Shown: in pieces, positions 11,601-21,685 of the stretch
Position numbering within the stretch: position 1 is the first letter of the stretch
How the letters are laid out: the number at the start of each line of letters is the position of its first letter
NCBI RefSeq assembly: GCF_006345805.1
Contig: NC_042997.1
Coordinates: forward strand, 192,944,001-193,008,000
Reading direction: 5' to 3'
DNA length: 64,000 nt
Source: Octopus sinensis
Taxonomy: Eukaryota
Notes under the pieces: generated by a model
Database searches by the model: none
Told to the model about the DNA's origin: nothing
What the model saw: the letters and a program-made list of their open reading frames with translations, nothing else
Translations under genes and position numbers: made by a program

Positions 11601-14600
11601 TCAGTCAAACTGTCCAACCCATGCCAGCATGGTAAATGGACGTTAAATGATGATGATGTTACCCTTGAATATGTTTGGAAAATAGAGGATGGCTATAACT
11701 TGAATGTCTTTGATTTATAGGTCTGCTACATGAGGGCTGATCTGGGGCTAAACAGCCATGACATGCATATCATCCCTAAATGGACAGCTTAATGCAAAAT
11801 GAATGTTGAGTTGTATAAACACCAAACTACACTATTTCATGTTATGTGTAATTCATTTTAAATATTTTAGTGAAAGCTTCTTTGTGGTTTCTCAGCTGTC
11901 TTGAAATAGCAGCCAAATCTCCCTGAAATCACATCCTGCCATCTTAAAAAAAAAAAAAGAAAGGACACATTAGATAATGTAGTCTTAGATATCCTTTTAA
12001 AGACAGGATGGTCATGATTGGAATGCTTTTGATAAGTCTGCTCAATTAGATTTGACTTGTGGTTAAACAGTATGCATTGCTCTCCTGTTTTTACCTCATA
12101 AACAAGCTACTTTTCTCTCAAGGCTCTCATTCTCCTAAAAGTACATACAAAGTACAAAGGCTAAAACACAGAAAGCCAGAAAAGTGAACAGTTAAAGTGC
12201 CATAAAGTGGAAAGGGTGTTTAGACATCAAGAATAAGCATTGGGGAGGCATATGGCCTAGTGGATATAGCAGCGGACTTGCGGTCAAGGGATCGCGGGTT
12301 TGAATCTCAGACTGGGTGATATATGTGTTTATGGGCGAAACACCTAAGCTCCACATGGCTCTGGCAGAAGGTAATGGCAAACCTCTGCTGGCTCTTTCGC
12401 CGCAACTTTCTCTCACTCTTTCCTCCTGCATCTTGCAGCTCACCTACAATGGACTGGCGTCCCATCCAGGTGGGGAATCTATACGCCAAGGAAACCTGGA
12501 AACAGGCCCTTATGAGCCAGGCATGGCTCGAGAAGGAATAAATAAGCACTGGAGAATTTTGGGAAGCATATTTTTGAAGAAACTGTTGTACCTTTTGAAC
12601 TAATATTAAGCTACCTTAGAACAGTCAGTAATTGATTTATTCTATTGTTACACGTTAATAACAAATTTGTATGTAATATTTCATTTCAGGCAGAAGCTGT
12701 GATGCGAAAACTTGAACAAGAAGAAGAGAAGTTGGCACACACTGACCCAGATAAAAAGGTCTACCATTTGTGTATCGTCAATATGGTTATTGGGTATGTA
12801 TTTTTAATGATGAAGCGTACCATAGAAATCATCAACATCTTAATCATTAAGGAGGTGAGCTGGTGGAATCATTAGCATCTAACAGACAAAATAGCATCAT
12901 TTCTGTGTTTTTACATTCTGAGTTCAAATTTCACTGAAGTCATCTTTTCTTTTCATTCTTTCAGGAATATTAAAATAAGTATCTGTTGGATATTGAGATC
13001 AATGTAAAAACTGCTGGCCTTGTGCTAAAATTACAAATATTTATTATTATTATTAGTAGTAGTAGTAGTATTATGAGAGTGGCAAGCTGTCAGAATTGTT
13101 AGCATGCCAGGCAAAATGCTTAGCAGTATTTTGTCTGCCACTACGTTCTGAGTTCAAATTCCGCCGAGGTCGACTTTGCCTTTCATCCTTTCAGGGTCGA
13201 TTAAATAAGTACCAGTTATGCACTGGGGTCGATATAACTGACTTAATCCGTTTGTCTGTCCTTGTTTGTTCCCTCTATATTTAGCCCCCTGTGGGTAATA
13301 AAGAAATAAGAATTGTTAGCACGCTGGGCAAGATGCTTAGTGTTATTTCATCTGCCGCTACATTCTGAGTTCAAATTCCGCCGAGGTCGACTTTGCCTTT
13401 CATCCTTTCAGGGTCGATTAAATAAGTACCAGTTATGCACTGGGGTTGATATAACTGACTTAATCCGTTTGTCTGTCCTTGTTTGTCCCCTCTATATTTA
13501 GCCCCCTGTGGGTAATAAAGAAATAAGAATTGTTAGCATGCTGGGCAAGATGCTTTGTGTTATTTCATCTGCCGCTACATTCTGGGTTCAAATTCCACCG
13601 GGGTCAACTTTGCCTTTCTTCCTTTCAGGGTCGATAAATTAAGTATCCACTGGGGTCAATGTAATTGGCTAGACCTCTCCCCACAAATTTCAGGCCTTGT
13701 ACCTTTAGTAGAAAGGATGATTAGTATTAGTATGTTCATCTTCAAGGCAGCAAGCTAACAGAACCATCAGCATGCTGAACAGAATGCTTAGTTTTTCTGG
13801 CTTAATGTTTGGAGTTCAAATGCTGCAGTGATCAGCTTTGCATTTCATCCTTTTGGGGTCGATAAATTAAATACCTGTTGAGCACCAGGGGTGATGTAAT
13901 CAATTTACCCAACCCCTTACAATTACTGATCCTGTGCCAAACTTTGGAATCATCTAAAGTTGGCAAACTGGCAGAATTGTTAACATCCTGGACAAAATCC
14001 TTAGCTGCATCTCATCCATCTTGACTTTCTGAGTTCAAATTCCACCATGGGACCTTTGGCATTATGTCGTGCTTGAGAAGACCCATCAAGCCAAGCAAAA
14101 TCGCAGTCATGGCAGATACCGATGTCACACAAATGGCACCCATGCCGGTGGCATGTAAAAGCACCCATTACACCCTTAGAGTGGCTGGTGTTAGGAAGGG
14201 CATCCAGCTGTAGAAAACCATGCCAAATCAGACTGGAGCCTGGCTCAATCTTCCAGCATGTCAGCCCAGTCAAACTGTCCAACCCATGCCAGCATGGACA
14301 ATGGACATTAAATGATGATGATGTTAACATTGTCTTTCACCCTTTCAGGGTCAATAAAATAAGTACCAGTTGAGACCTGGGGTTGATGTAATCGACTAAT
14401 CCCCTCCCCAAAATTTCAGGCCTTGAACCTATAAGAATTAGTATGATCATCTTAACATCCATTTTGTGGCACGTAAATAGCACCAACTGATCGTGGCCAT
14501 TGCCAGCCTCCTCTAACCCGTGTCGATGGCATGTAAAAAGCACCCACTACACTCATGGAGTGGTTGGTGATAGGAAGGGCATCCAGCTGTAGAAACACTG

Positions 14601-17600
14601 CCAGATCAGACTGGAGCCTGGTGCAGCCTCCTGGCTTCCCAGACCCTGGTTGAACTGTCCAACCCATGCTAGCATGGAAAGCGGACGTTAAATGATGATG
14701 ATGATCACCAATTGTCTTAGATTTGAAAAAAAAAATTTGGTTATCTTTTCCACGAGGTCTGGTGGTCCTGAGATCTAACTTCACTGCTTACTATGTAGTC
14801 TTTTATACTATAACTGAGACAAAGCAGATATATTTCCTCTTACTTTATTCTCTCGCATCATAAGGGCTGATGAAAAATGGATACACTCTTCGTTACTTCT
14901 CATACATTATAATGGTTTCTAATGAAGGCCACAAATTTTGGAAAAAGTATACTAATCAACCATCAGTATTTTATTGTACCAACTCTGGAAGAATAAAAAA
15001 AAAAAGCTACATTGACCTTTATGGAATTTGAACTCAGAACAATGCCTTAAAGTTTTTAATTATGTCCCTTTAAGGTAAGGGCTTTAATGATTCTGCTATC
15101 CCCTACTGATTCTCATACACTAGAATAAAAACGACAAGTTAGTTTACCCCCATCAGTTACTCCTTTATGCACTAAAATAGCTGTATACTCTCTGTTTTAA
15201 CTTATAATCTCCTGCACTTCTTTCTTTCAGAACCCTTTACTGTGCTAAAGGAAACTATGAGTTTGGAATCTCTCGTGTAATCAAGAGTTTAGAACCTTAT
15301 CAGAAGAAGCTGGTGACAGACACCTGGTTTTATGCCAAGAGATGTTTCTTGTCTTTAATTGAAAACATGGCCAAGCACATGGTTATGATCCGTGATTCTG
15401 TTGTGCAAGAATGCATAACTTTTCTAGAACATTGTGAAAGTAAGTAAACTGCAGTTGTTATCTTTCTATCTCTTATTATAAAAGGCAGATTTTATCTGCC
15501 TCCCTTTGTAAGTTATAGAAATCTACAATATAGGATTTCTTCAATTACAATTTACCTAGCATTTTTAAGAGTAGAATGCATCGGGTCATGCCAGGTCCAG
15601 TTTTTAAAATTTAAACTCCAATTAAGCAAAATTTACAGAAAACTCACATTCTGGTGTGTATGTCAAATGCTTTTCTTAGTCTGGTTTACAGCACACGCAA
15701 ACGCACACACACAGTGTGCAACGAATAAAGTGAAACTAGATGTAATATTTGTTTCTGTCTATCACGCTGATAGATACATGAGTAAAATGTATGGGAAGCT
15801 AACAGATAAGAGTGAGTGAAAATGTTCTTGGAAGAGAGTAAATTAGCGACAGAGTGATTTGAGGAAGACTAAACTGAAAGTATGAAACAGTGTTTATGTA
15901 TAAACAGACGACACTTATATAAACCCTTTCGTTACCAAACCGCCCGAATTTACCTATTCATATTTAAATGAGAATATCAGAGTAAATCTCTTTAGTACAT
16001 TTGTGAAAACATGTATTATACTTCGTAAACACTTCAAATACAGTTTTGTACAAAAATCGAAGTGTAATTTTAATTCCGTGAATTATGGGAGATTTTTTTC
16101 CGAAATTTGTTCCTATTGTGTTTTCAAAATTTGTAATTCTGACAAAAAATGGATACGAATTTCATTATATCAAGCAGCGAGTCAGAATTCGAAGGATTTT
16201 CTACTGAAGACCTTCATAAATCTAACTCTATGACTGAAAAAAAAAGCATCTTTATATAAGTGTGAAGTTGTGTGTCTGTCCCCTTCGATTTAGATTCCTA
16301 ACTACTCCCACATTTTGCGGTGCAGTTTAACCAAAAGCGGGTATCTTATAGTCGTGATTCATATCGAGCCCTTCTGGGTATTAGCGCGCGTCTATGATGA
16401 GTCTACGATTTAAAAAAAATTTACCATCATATTTTTCCATTTTAATGCATTTTTTTCGCTTTTATATAAGGGAAGTAACTCTCTAAAAATATCTACGATG
16501 TGTCAACGATTTTTAAAAAAAATTTACCTTAATTTTTTTTCAATTTTTAATGCATTTTTTTGCTATTTTTTGGCTATAACTCTCTAAAAATGCTTATATA
16601 GTTATTTCCCTTACAACCCGAGCAACGCCGGGTGATACTGCTAGTATATATATAAACGGCAAAATGTCTGTCTGTGTCCTTTATACAAATCCACAATTTT
16701 TCAGTTAGAGGGCTTGCACTTTCTATGGTCATTGAAAACCGTCCAAGGGTGGTCGTGCACATCTTTACATTTCCCCAGTCTCCCCGCAAAGCCATTAAAA
16801 AATCAATAGAAGTGACTTTTTTGTGAATTTTCTATCCAAAACCCAATCAAAATGCCCAAAACTTGATACGCCAATTGAATGCCAGCTAGCTGTATGCGAT
16901 GATCGGAGATTTGGACAGTACTCGCGTGTATGTGCGCACGCATGTAGCTGTATATGCATGCACTAGCACTATGACCCGGCGTTGCCAGGTCATAGTGCTA
17001 GTTAATTATATAATCATCTGTCACTCTCCTGATCTTATCCACTCCACTTTAATGAACTTATCCACCCCATTTTTGTCTACCTTCTGACTCTTTGTCACCA
17101 TCATCTTGTCTCTCTCTCAAGCTACTCCCACCCATTCTTATACAATGTGGGACAGTTGCATGCATCTCATCTACAGCAAGATACCTGTTCTTATAATAAT
17201 GAAATTATTGTATACAGTGCTCAGGTGTACCACAACTTGTCGAAAGTGCATACAAAGCATATGCAGTAATGTACAAATGTCTGGGAAGTGAACAGTGTAT
17301 GAATCAGATACATGCCTGTGTGTGTATGGAGGGGAGAAAATCAGGTGTAGTGTCGGCGAATCTCAGGAAGCATGGAAGTTTTGAAGGATGCAGTGTTCTG
17401 ACTTTGTAAACTTTGTGTCCCTCTATCACACTGTAGCCACTCAACACCAGGTATAAAACCACTTCCCTTTCTATTACATCCCATTCAGTTGTGAAGGCTT
17501 TTTTTGTCTTATGAATTACTTGCTGATCTCACGAGTGCCGGTGCTACTAAAACAGATATCCAGTACACTCTGTAAAATGGCTGGCATTATTAAGGGCATC

Positions 17601-19115
17601 CAACTGTAGAAAACCTACCAAAGTAGACAGAGCTTGACACAGTCCCTAGACTCATTGGATCCTGTCAAACCTTGCTAGTTATGCAGCATGGAAGGTGAAT
17701 GTTAAATAATGATGATGATGATAGAAAAGGATATCAAAGAATACATGTTAAATCATGAAAAATGCAGTCATGGCTGTGCAGTTGAAAAGTTTGCTTTGTT
17801 GTCACATGGTTTCAGGTTCAACCCTATTATATGGCACCTAGGCAAATGTCTTATAATTGCCATTGGCTGACCAATGCCTTGTAAATGAATGTAGTATTTT
17901 TATCATTTGTCTATGCAGATGCAAACAAACCAACATCAAGCAGTGCAGAGACAAACACAAAAATGCACAGACCCACACAAACTTAGGTATATAGTTTCAC
18001 CCATCAGCTTATTGAACAAGCTGTGCTTTTTACGTGGTCTAGCACACGGCTGACTTTTATGTGGCCTGGTACAGACGCCTTTTATATGGTACTGGCACAG
18101 GCATGAGTAATTTTTATATGGCACCATATAATGGTGCTTTTTACATGGTATTGGCATGGGACTCTCTTGTAAGGCGAAAAACACCTCTTCAGCTGGGAGG
18201 GGAGCAGTAGCAATTTGGTAACAAAAAACTTAATAGTTGTATGGATAATGACATCCTGACATATAATCTTAACATTTAGTTGTGTTGTGCTATGCTCTTA
18301 AATGAGACACTTAATTGTACTAAAGAAGGAATGAAGATACCAAGTTGTATTAACCTCAGAAACATCTAAGTAGTATTTCAGTAAGCTTAAATTGGTAAGG
18401 AACATAAAGAAAAGTTCATGTCATCATCATCATTTAACGTCTGCTTTCCATGATAGCATGGGTTGGACGATTTGACTGAGGGCTGGCGAACCAGATGGCT
18501 GCACCAGACTCCAATCTGATCTGGCAGAGTTTCTACAGCTGGGTGCCCTTCCTATGCCAACCACTTCGAGAGTGTAGTGGGTGCTTTTACGTGCCACTGG
18601 CACAAGGGCCAGTCTGGCCGTAATGGAAATGGCCATGCTTGAAATGGTGTTTTTTATGTGCCACCTGCACAGGAGTCAGTCCAGCGGAACTGGCAATGAC
18701 CTCACTCAAATGTTTTGTTCATGTGCCACCGGCTCAAGTGCCAACAAGGCGACGCTGGTAATGATCACACTCAAATGGTGCTTTTTACGTGCCACCGGCA
18801 CGGAAACCAGGCAGCTGCTCTGGCAGTGATCCCGCTTGGATGGAGCTATTAGCGCACCACTGGCACAGGTGCCAGTCATCGAATTTGGTTCAATTTCGAT
18901 TTCGTATTATAATTAATTCAAATCAACTGTGATGAATCAGTTTTGTCATTAAAATAATGATTTACTTATTTATCTAAAATTTTTATATTGCAGTCCATGG
19001 TCTTGAGGTGAAAGCCATGACGGAACAACCTCTGGAAGAAGAACCATTAAATCCTGGAAAGAACACAGTTTCTTATGAAGCACGGATGTTGAAAAGTATT
19101 CTTATGCAGTTGTAG
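302..19115 (+). CDS. TTC30: TTC30/IFT70 (fleer/DYF-1 family) intraflagellar transport TPR protein; 3' part of the gene (7 coding exons in window, 5' exons upstream)
   Basis: Spliced exons 302-421, 4701-4777, 7616-7823, 9455-9526, 12690-12793, 15231-15439 and 18994-19115 join in phase. Peptides such as SVEFCNDHDIWKLNVAHVLFMQE, SAIVLANLCVSYIMT and TLYCAKGNYEFGISRVIKSLEPY match TTC30 as I recall it. Confidence 0.96.
627..2263 (+). mobile_element. 5'-truncated, decayed RTE-clade LINE: RT C-terminal part, 3' UTR with ~65-bp tandem repeats, and (GAT)n tail
   Basis: GVHQGSVLSTLLF and LLYADDL RT motifs (ORF 514..930). Frameshifted continuation ...YLGDQVSS..., then a UTR ending CATGGAAAGCxGAxGTTAAA(GAT)n. 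Confidence 0.92.
2890..3206. mobile_element. MITE with ~115-bp imperfect TIRs in (TA)n
   Basis: 2891-3005 is the reverse complement of about 3090-3206. Confidence 0.75.
4701..4777 (+). CDS. TTC30: TTC30 exon (VQQSKQNGDEETLKKAVNEYDDALET)
   Basis: AG at 4699-4700, GTAAG from 4778; 77 nt, phase 0/2. Confidence 0.92.
7616..7823 (+). CDS. TTC30: TTC30 exon (YIPILMQQARIHWDMENY...KKNYEQ)
   Basis: AG at 7614-7615, GTAAGT from 7824; 208 nt; overlaps ORF 7629..7895. Confidence 0.95.
8152..8550 (+). mobile_element. Non-autonomous Helitron family H1, inserted into a SINE A tail
   Basis: A|TC start, hairpin ~8-10 nt before CTAG|T, no TSD; removing it restores the SINE tail GTGGGCAATAAAGAAATA. Confidence 0.88.
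9455..9526 (+). CDS. TTC30: TTC30 exon (LQDISAIVLANLCVSYIMTNQNEE)
   Basis: AG at 9453-9454, GTAAGT from 9527; 72 nt. Confidence 0.94.
12690..12793 (+). CDS. TTC30: TTC30 exon (AEAVMRKLEQEEEKLAHTDPDKKVYHLCIVNMVIG)
   Basis: AG at 12688-12689, GTATGT from 12794; 104 nt. Confidence 0.94.
13078..13700 (+). repeat. Head-to-tail tandem trimer of SINE A (217-bp period)
   Basis: TTGTTAGCA recurs at about 13097, 13314 and 13531; copies 1 and 2 nearly identical. Confidence 0.9.
15231..15439 (+). CDS. TTC30: TTC30 exon (TLYCAKGNYEFGISRVIKSLEPYQKKLVTDTWFYAKRCF...FLEHCE)
   Basis: AG at 15229-15230, GTAAGT from 15440; 209 nt; missed by the ATG-based ORF track. Confidence 0.95.
16249..16644 (+). mobile_element. 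Helitron H1 copy
   Basis: A|TC...CCCGAGCAACGCCGGGTGATACTGCTAG|T; internal ~101-bp tandem duplication. Confidence 0.88.
16645..17001 (+). mobile_element. Helitron-like family H3 with palindromic 3' end, fused directly behind an H1 copy
   Basis: (TA)n-AAACGG head; ends CTAGCACTATGACCCGGC-GTT-GCCAGGTCATAGTGCTAG|T. Confidence 0.8.
18994..19115 (+). CDS. TTC30: TTC30 terminal coding exon (IHGLEVKAMTEQPLEEEPLNPGKNTVSYEARMLKSILMQL*)
   Basis: AG at 18992-18993, TAG at 19113-19115; matches the EQPLEE...GKNTV..E.R.LK C-terminal motif. Confidence 0.94.
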
Positions 19116-19947
19116 CCGATCAAATTTACAGAAGGATGCAACCAGTAAATTTTATCCATTCTATCAGTGACTAACACACTGCTAATGTTCTGACTGTTAC
19201 GTTTTATAACACAAGACTACACAGAAACATACTGAGACCATTACATCGCACTTTACAACACAACTCTTTTACTTGTTTCAGTCATTTGACTGTGGCCATG
19301 CTGGAGCACCGCCTTTAGTTAAGCAAATCAACCCCAGGACTTATTCTTTGTAAGCCTAGTACTTAGCGGTTCAGCAAAAGAGACCGATAGACTAAGTTAA
19401 GGGGACATAAACACACCAGCATTGGTTGTCAAGCAATGTTGGGGGGGACAAACACACACATACATATATGTAAAAGACAGGCTTCTTTTAGTTTCCGTCG
19501 ACCAAATCCACTCACAGGTCGGCCCGAGGCTATAGTAGAAGACACTTGTCAAAGGTGCCACACAGTGGGTTGGTAAGCAAGCTACTTACCACACAGCCAC
19601 TCCTACACCTACAATATATAAAAAAATGTTGCAATTAATACCAATCCATCCACTTATATAAATTCCACTAACACCAAACTGACTCACCACACATACAATC
19701 TACACCGTCAGCACCTCATATCACGCCACACCATTAACAACAAAGAGAAAAATTTGGAAAAATAATTCATTATATATTTAATTGTATTAATAATTATTTT
19801 CTTAAACCCATTATAATGTTGCCATTAAATTATTTGAACATCTTTCTGATATTTTCACACACAATCAATCATAAATGTGTTTATGTAGATATCTTAATTC
19901 TCTATGGTGGAATGTTTTCTTGTTTTCATTACAAACGCCATTAGAAT

Positions 19948-19980
19948 TCACAACTTGGATGAAGTGAGCCAAGAGAATTC
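19948..19980 (-). CDS. HACL1: HACL1 exon 18 ([10 protein letters not shown])
   Basis: Poly-T tract plus AG at 19982-19981, TGA at 19950-19948; ends in SKL. Confidence 0.92.
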   Translation of the reverse strand, partial: EFSWLTSSKL

Positions 19981-21653
19981 CTAAAAAAAAAAACAAAAAC
20001 AAGAGTGAATTGTAAATTGAAAAATTGCAGAACTTAATATGTCACACTGTTCTTAAAAATTATATTTCTCTTAAAATAAATATTTATGATAAAATAAAAT
20101 GCTTTAGAAACATTATTTATTGCTAAAATATGATTTTACCATAACACTTAACTACCGAATATATGTTAACTTCACATTTACTGCTGTGCTGTGTATATTC
20201 TTTGTAACTTGTAGCATGATTACATCAGAGTTTAAGCAGTGTGATCACAAAAAATTTTGGCACCAAATGATAAATATTTAAGTTAATTTGACAGTCTTTG
20301 TGCATTCTTGAATGACTTAATATGTGTCTTCTATGCTGTAATTGTTCAACTAATATAATACGTTACGAGAGTATTGTACTTCGCTTCAAGCATTGTGTAT
20401 TGTTTGTAAAGAATAAAAAGTTTTGAATGGTATAACAATGCACTATAGTACAGGCAATGGGCTATATACCTATTGTAATTTAGTCATCCATAGTCTGATA
20501 TGATATTTTGGAATAATATTATAATAATAATAATAATATTCCTTCTTATAGCAGCAACTCAATCTAAGAATATCTGAAGAAGGAATATTATTCCGAAATA
20601 TCATATCAGACAATGGATGACTGAATTACAACAGCTATATAGCCCTGTAAGGCGGCGAGCTGGCAGAAACGTTAGCACTCCGGGCGAAATGCTCACCAAA
20701 ATTTCGTCTGCCGCTACGTTCTGAGTTCAAATTCCGCCGAGGTTAACTTTGCCTTTCATCCTTTCGGGGTTGATAAATTAAGTACCAGTTACGCACTGGG
20801 GTTGATGTATTCGACTTAATCCGTTTGTCTGTCCTTGTTTAACCTCTCTGTGTCTAGCCCCTTGTGGGTAGTAAAGAAATAGGTATATAGCCCATTGTCT
20901 ATATTATAGTGCATTGTTGTACCATTCAAAACTTTTTATTCTTTACAAATAATACGTTACAGTTAGTATTAAGCCACTAAAAAAAACCAGTCTCTTGATC
21001 TCCCTCAACCGATGGCATACAAAGTGAAACAATGGAAAACTACAAACCTGTGTCTTCCGAGTGGCAACTGGGTCGATTAAGATGTTGAACAGATAAGCTC
21101 CATCTTCATCTTCCATTGCATCCTTAAACCCTTTACACAGTTCCTCTGGGGTCCTCACCAGGCGACCTTTGCCACCAAAGGCTTCCATAACCATGTCATA
21201 ACGAGTCTCTGGAGTTAGAGCTGTAGGCGGCGCCCTGCAAAAGCAATCAACAAGTTCTTGTGACTTTTCAGAAAAGTAGAAGAAACCTCTGTAATCCATC
21301 TGCCCTTTACTGTCTTCACAGCAAAGCTGGATTTATAACAACAGTGAGTAAAGATAGTCTTTAGAAAGTGTTATTTTCAGTTGTAAGTTCTTATTGAGTA
21401 GAGTAGAAACAATACGTGGTTTTGATATATAGGTTATGAGAGGTAATGGTGTCAGTGAGACCCAAAGGTGTCAAGTAATGTTGAATAAGTGCCATTGTTA
21501 AGTTCCAGATTCGGTGATTATGCGAATAAGGAGTCCAACTTAGGTCATATATCAGCGTGTGTATATAAAAAAATTTTTTTCGTAATGAGATAAAAAACGA
21601 AGGCTGTGTAGATTTTAGAACATTTACAGCCTTGGTTTTTTTATCTCATTACA

Positions 21654-21685
<32 letters not shown>

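Noticed and set aside
15322-15336. TTC30 KKLVTDTW versus human KKLGTDTW as a functional novelty
   Set aside because: As I recall this position varies among IFT70 orthologues; no evidence of significance without an alignment.
20646-20760. tRNA gene
   Set aside because: A and B boxes are present, but the spacing is extended, I could not fold a cloverleaf, and it is followed by the SINE body, tail and TSD.
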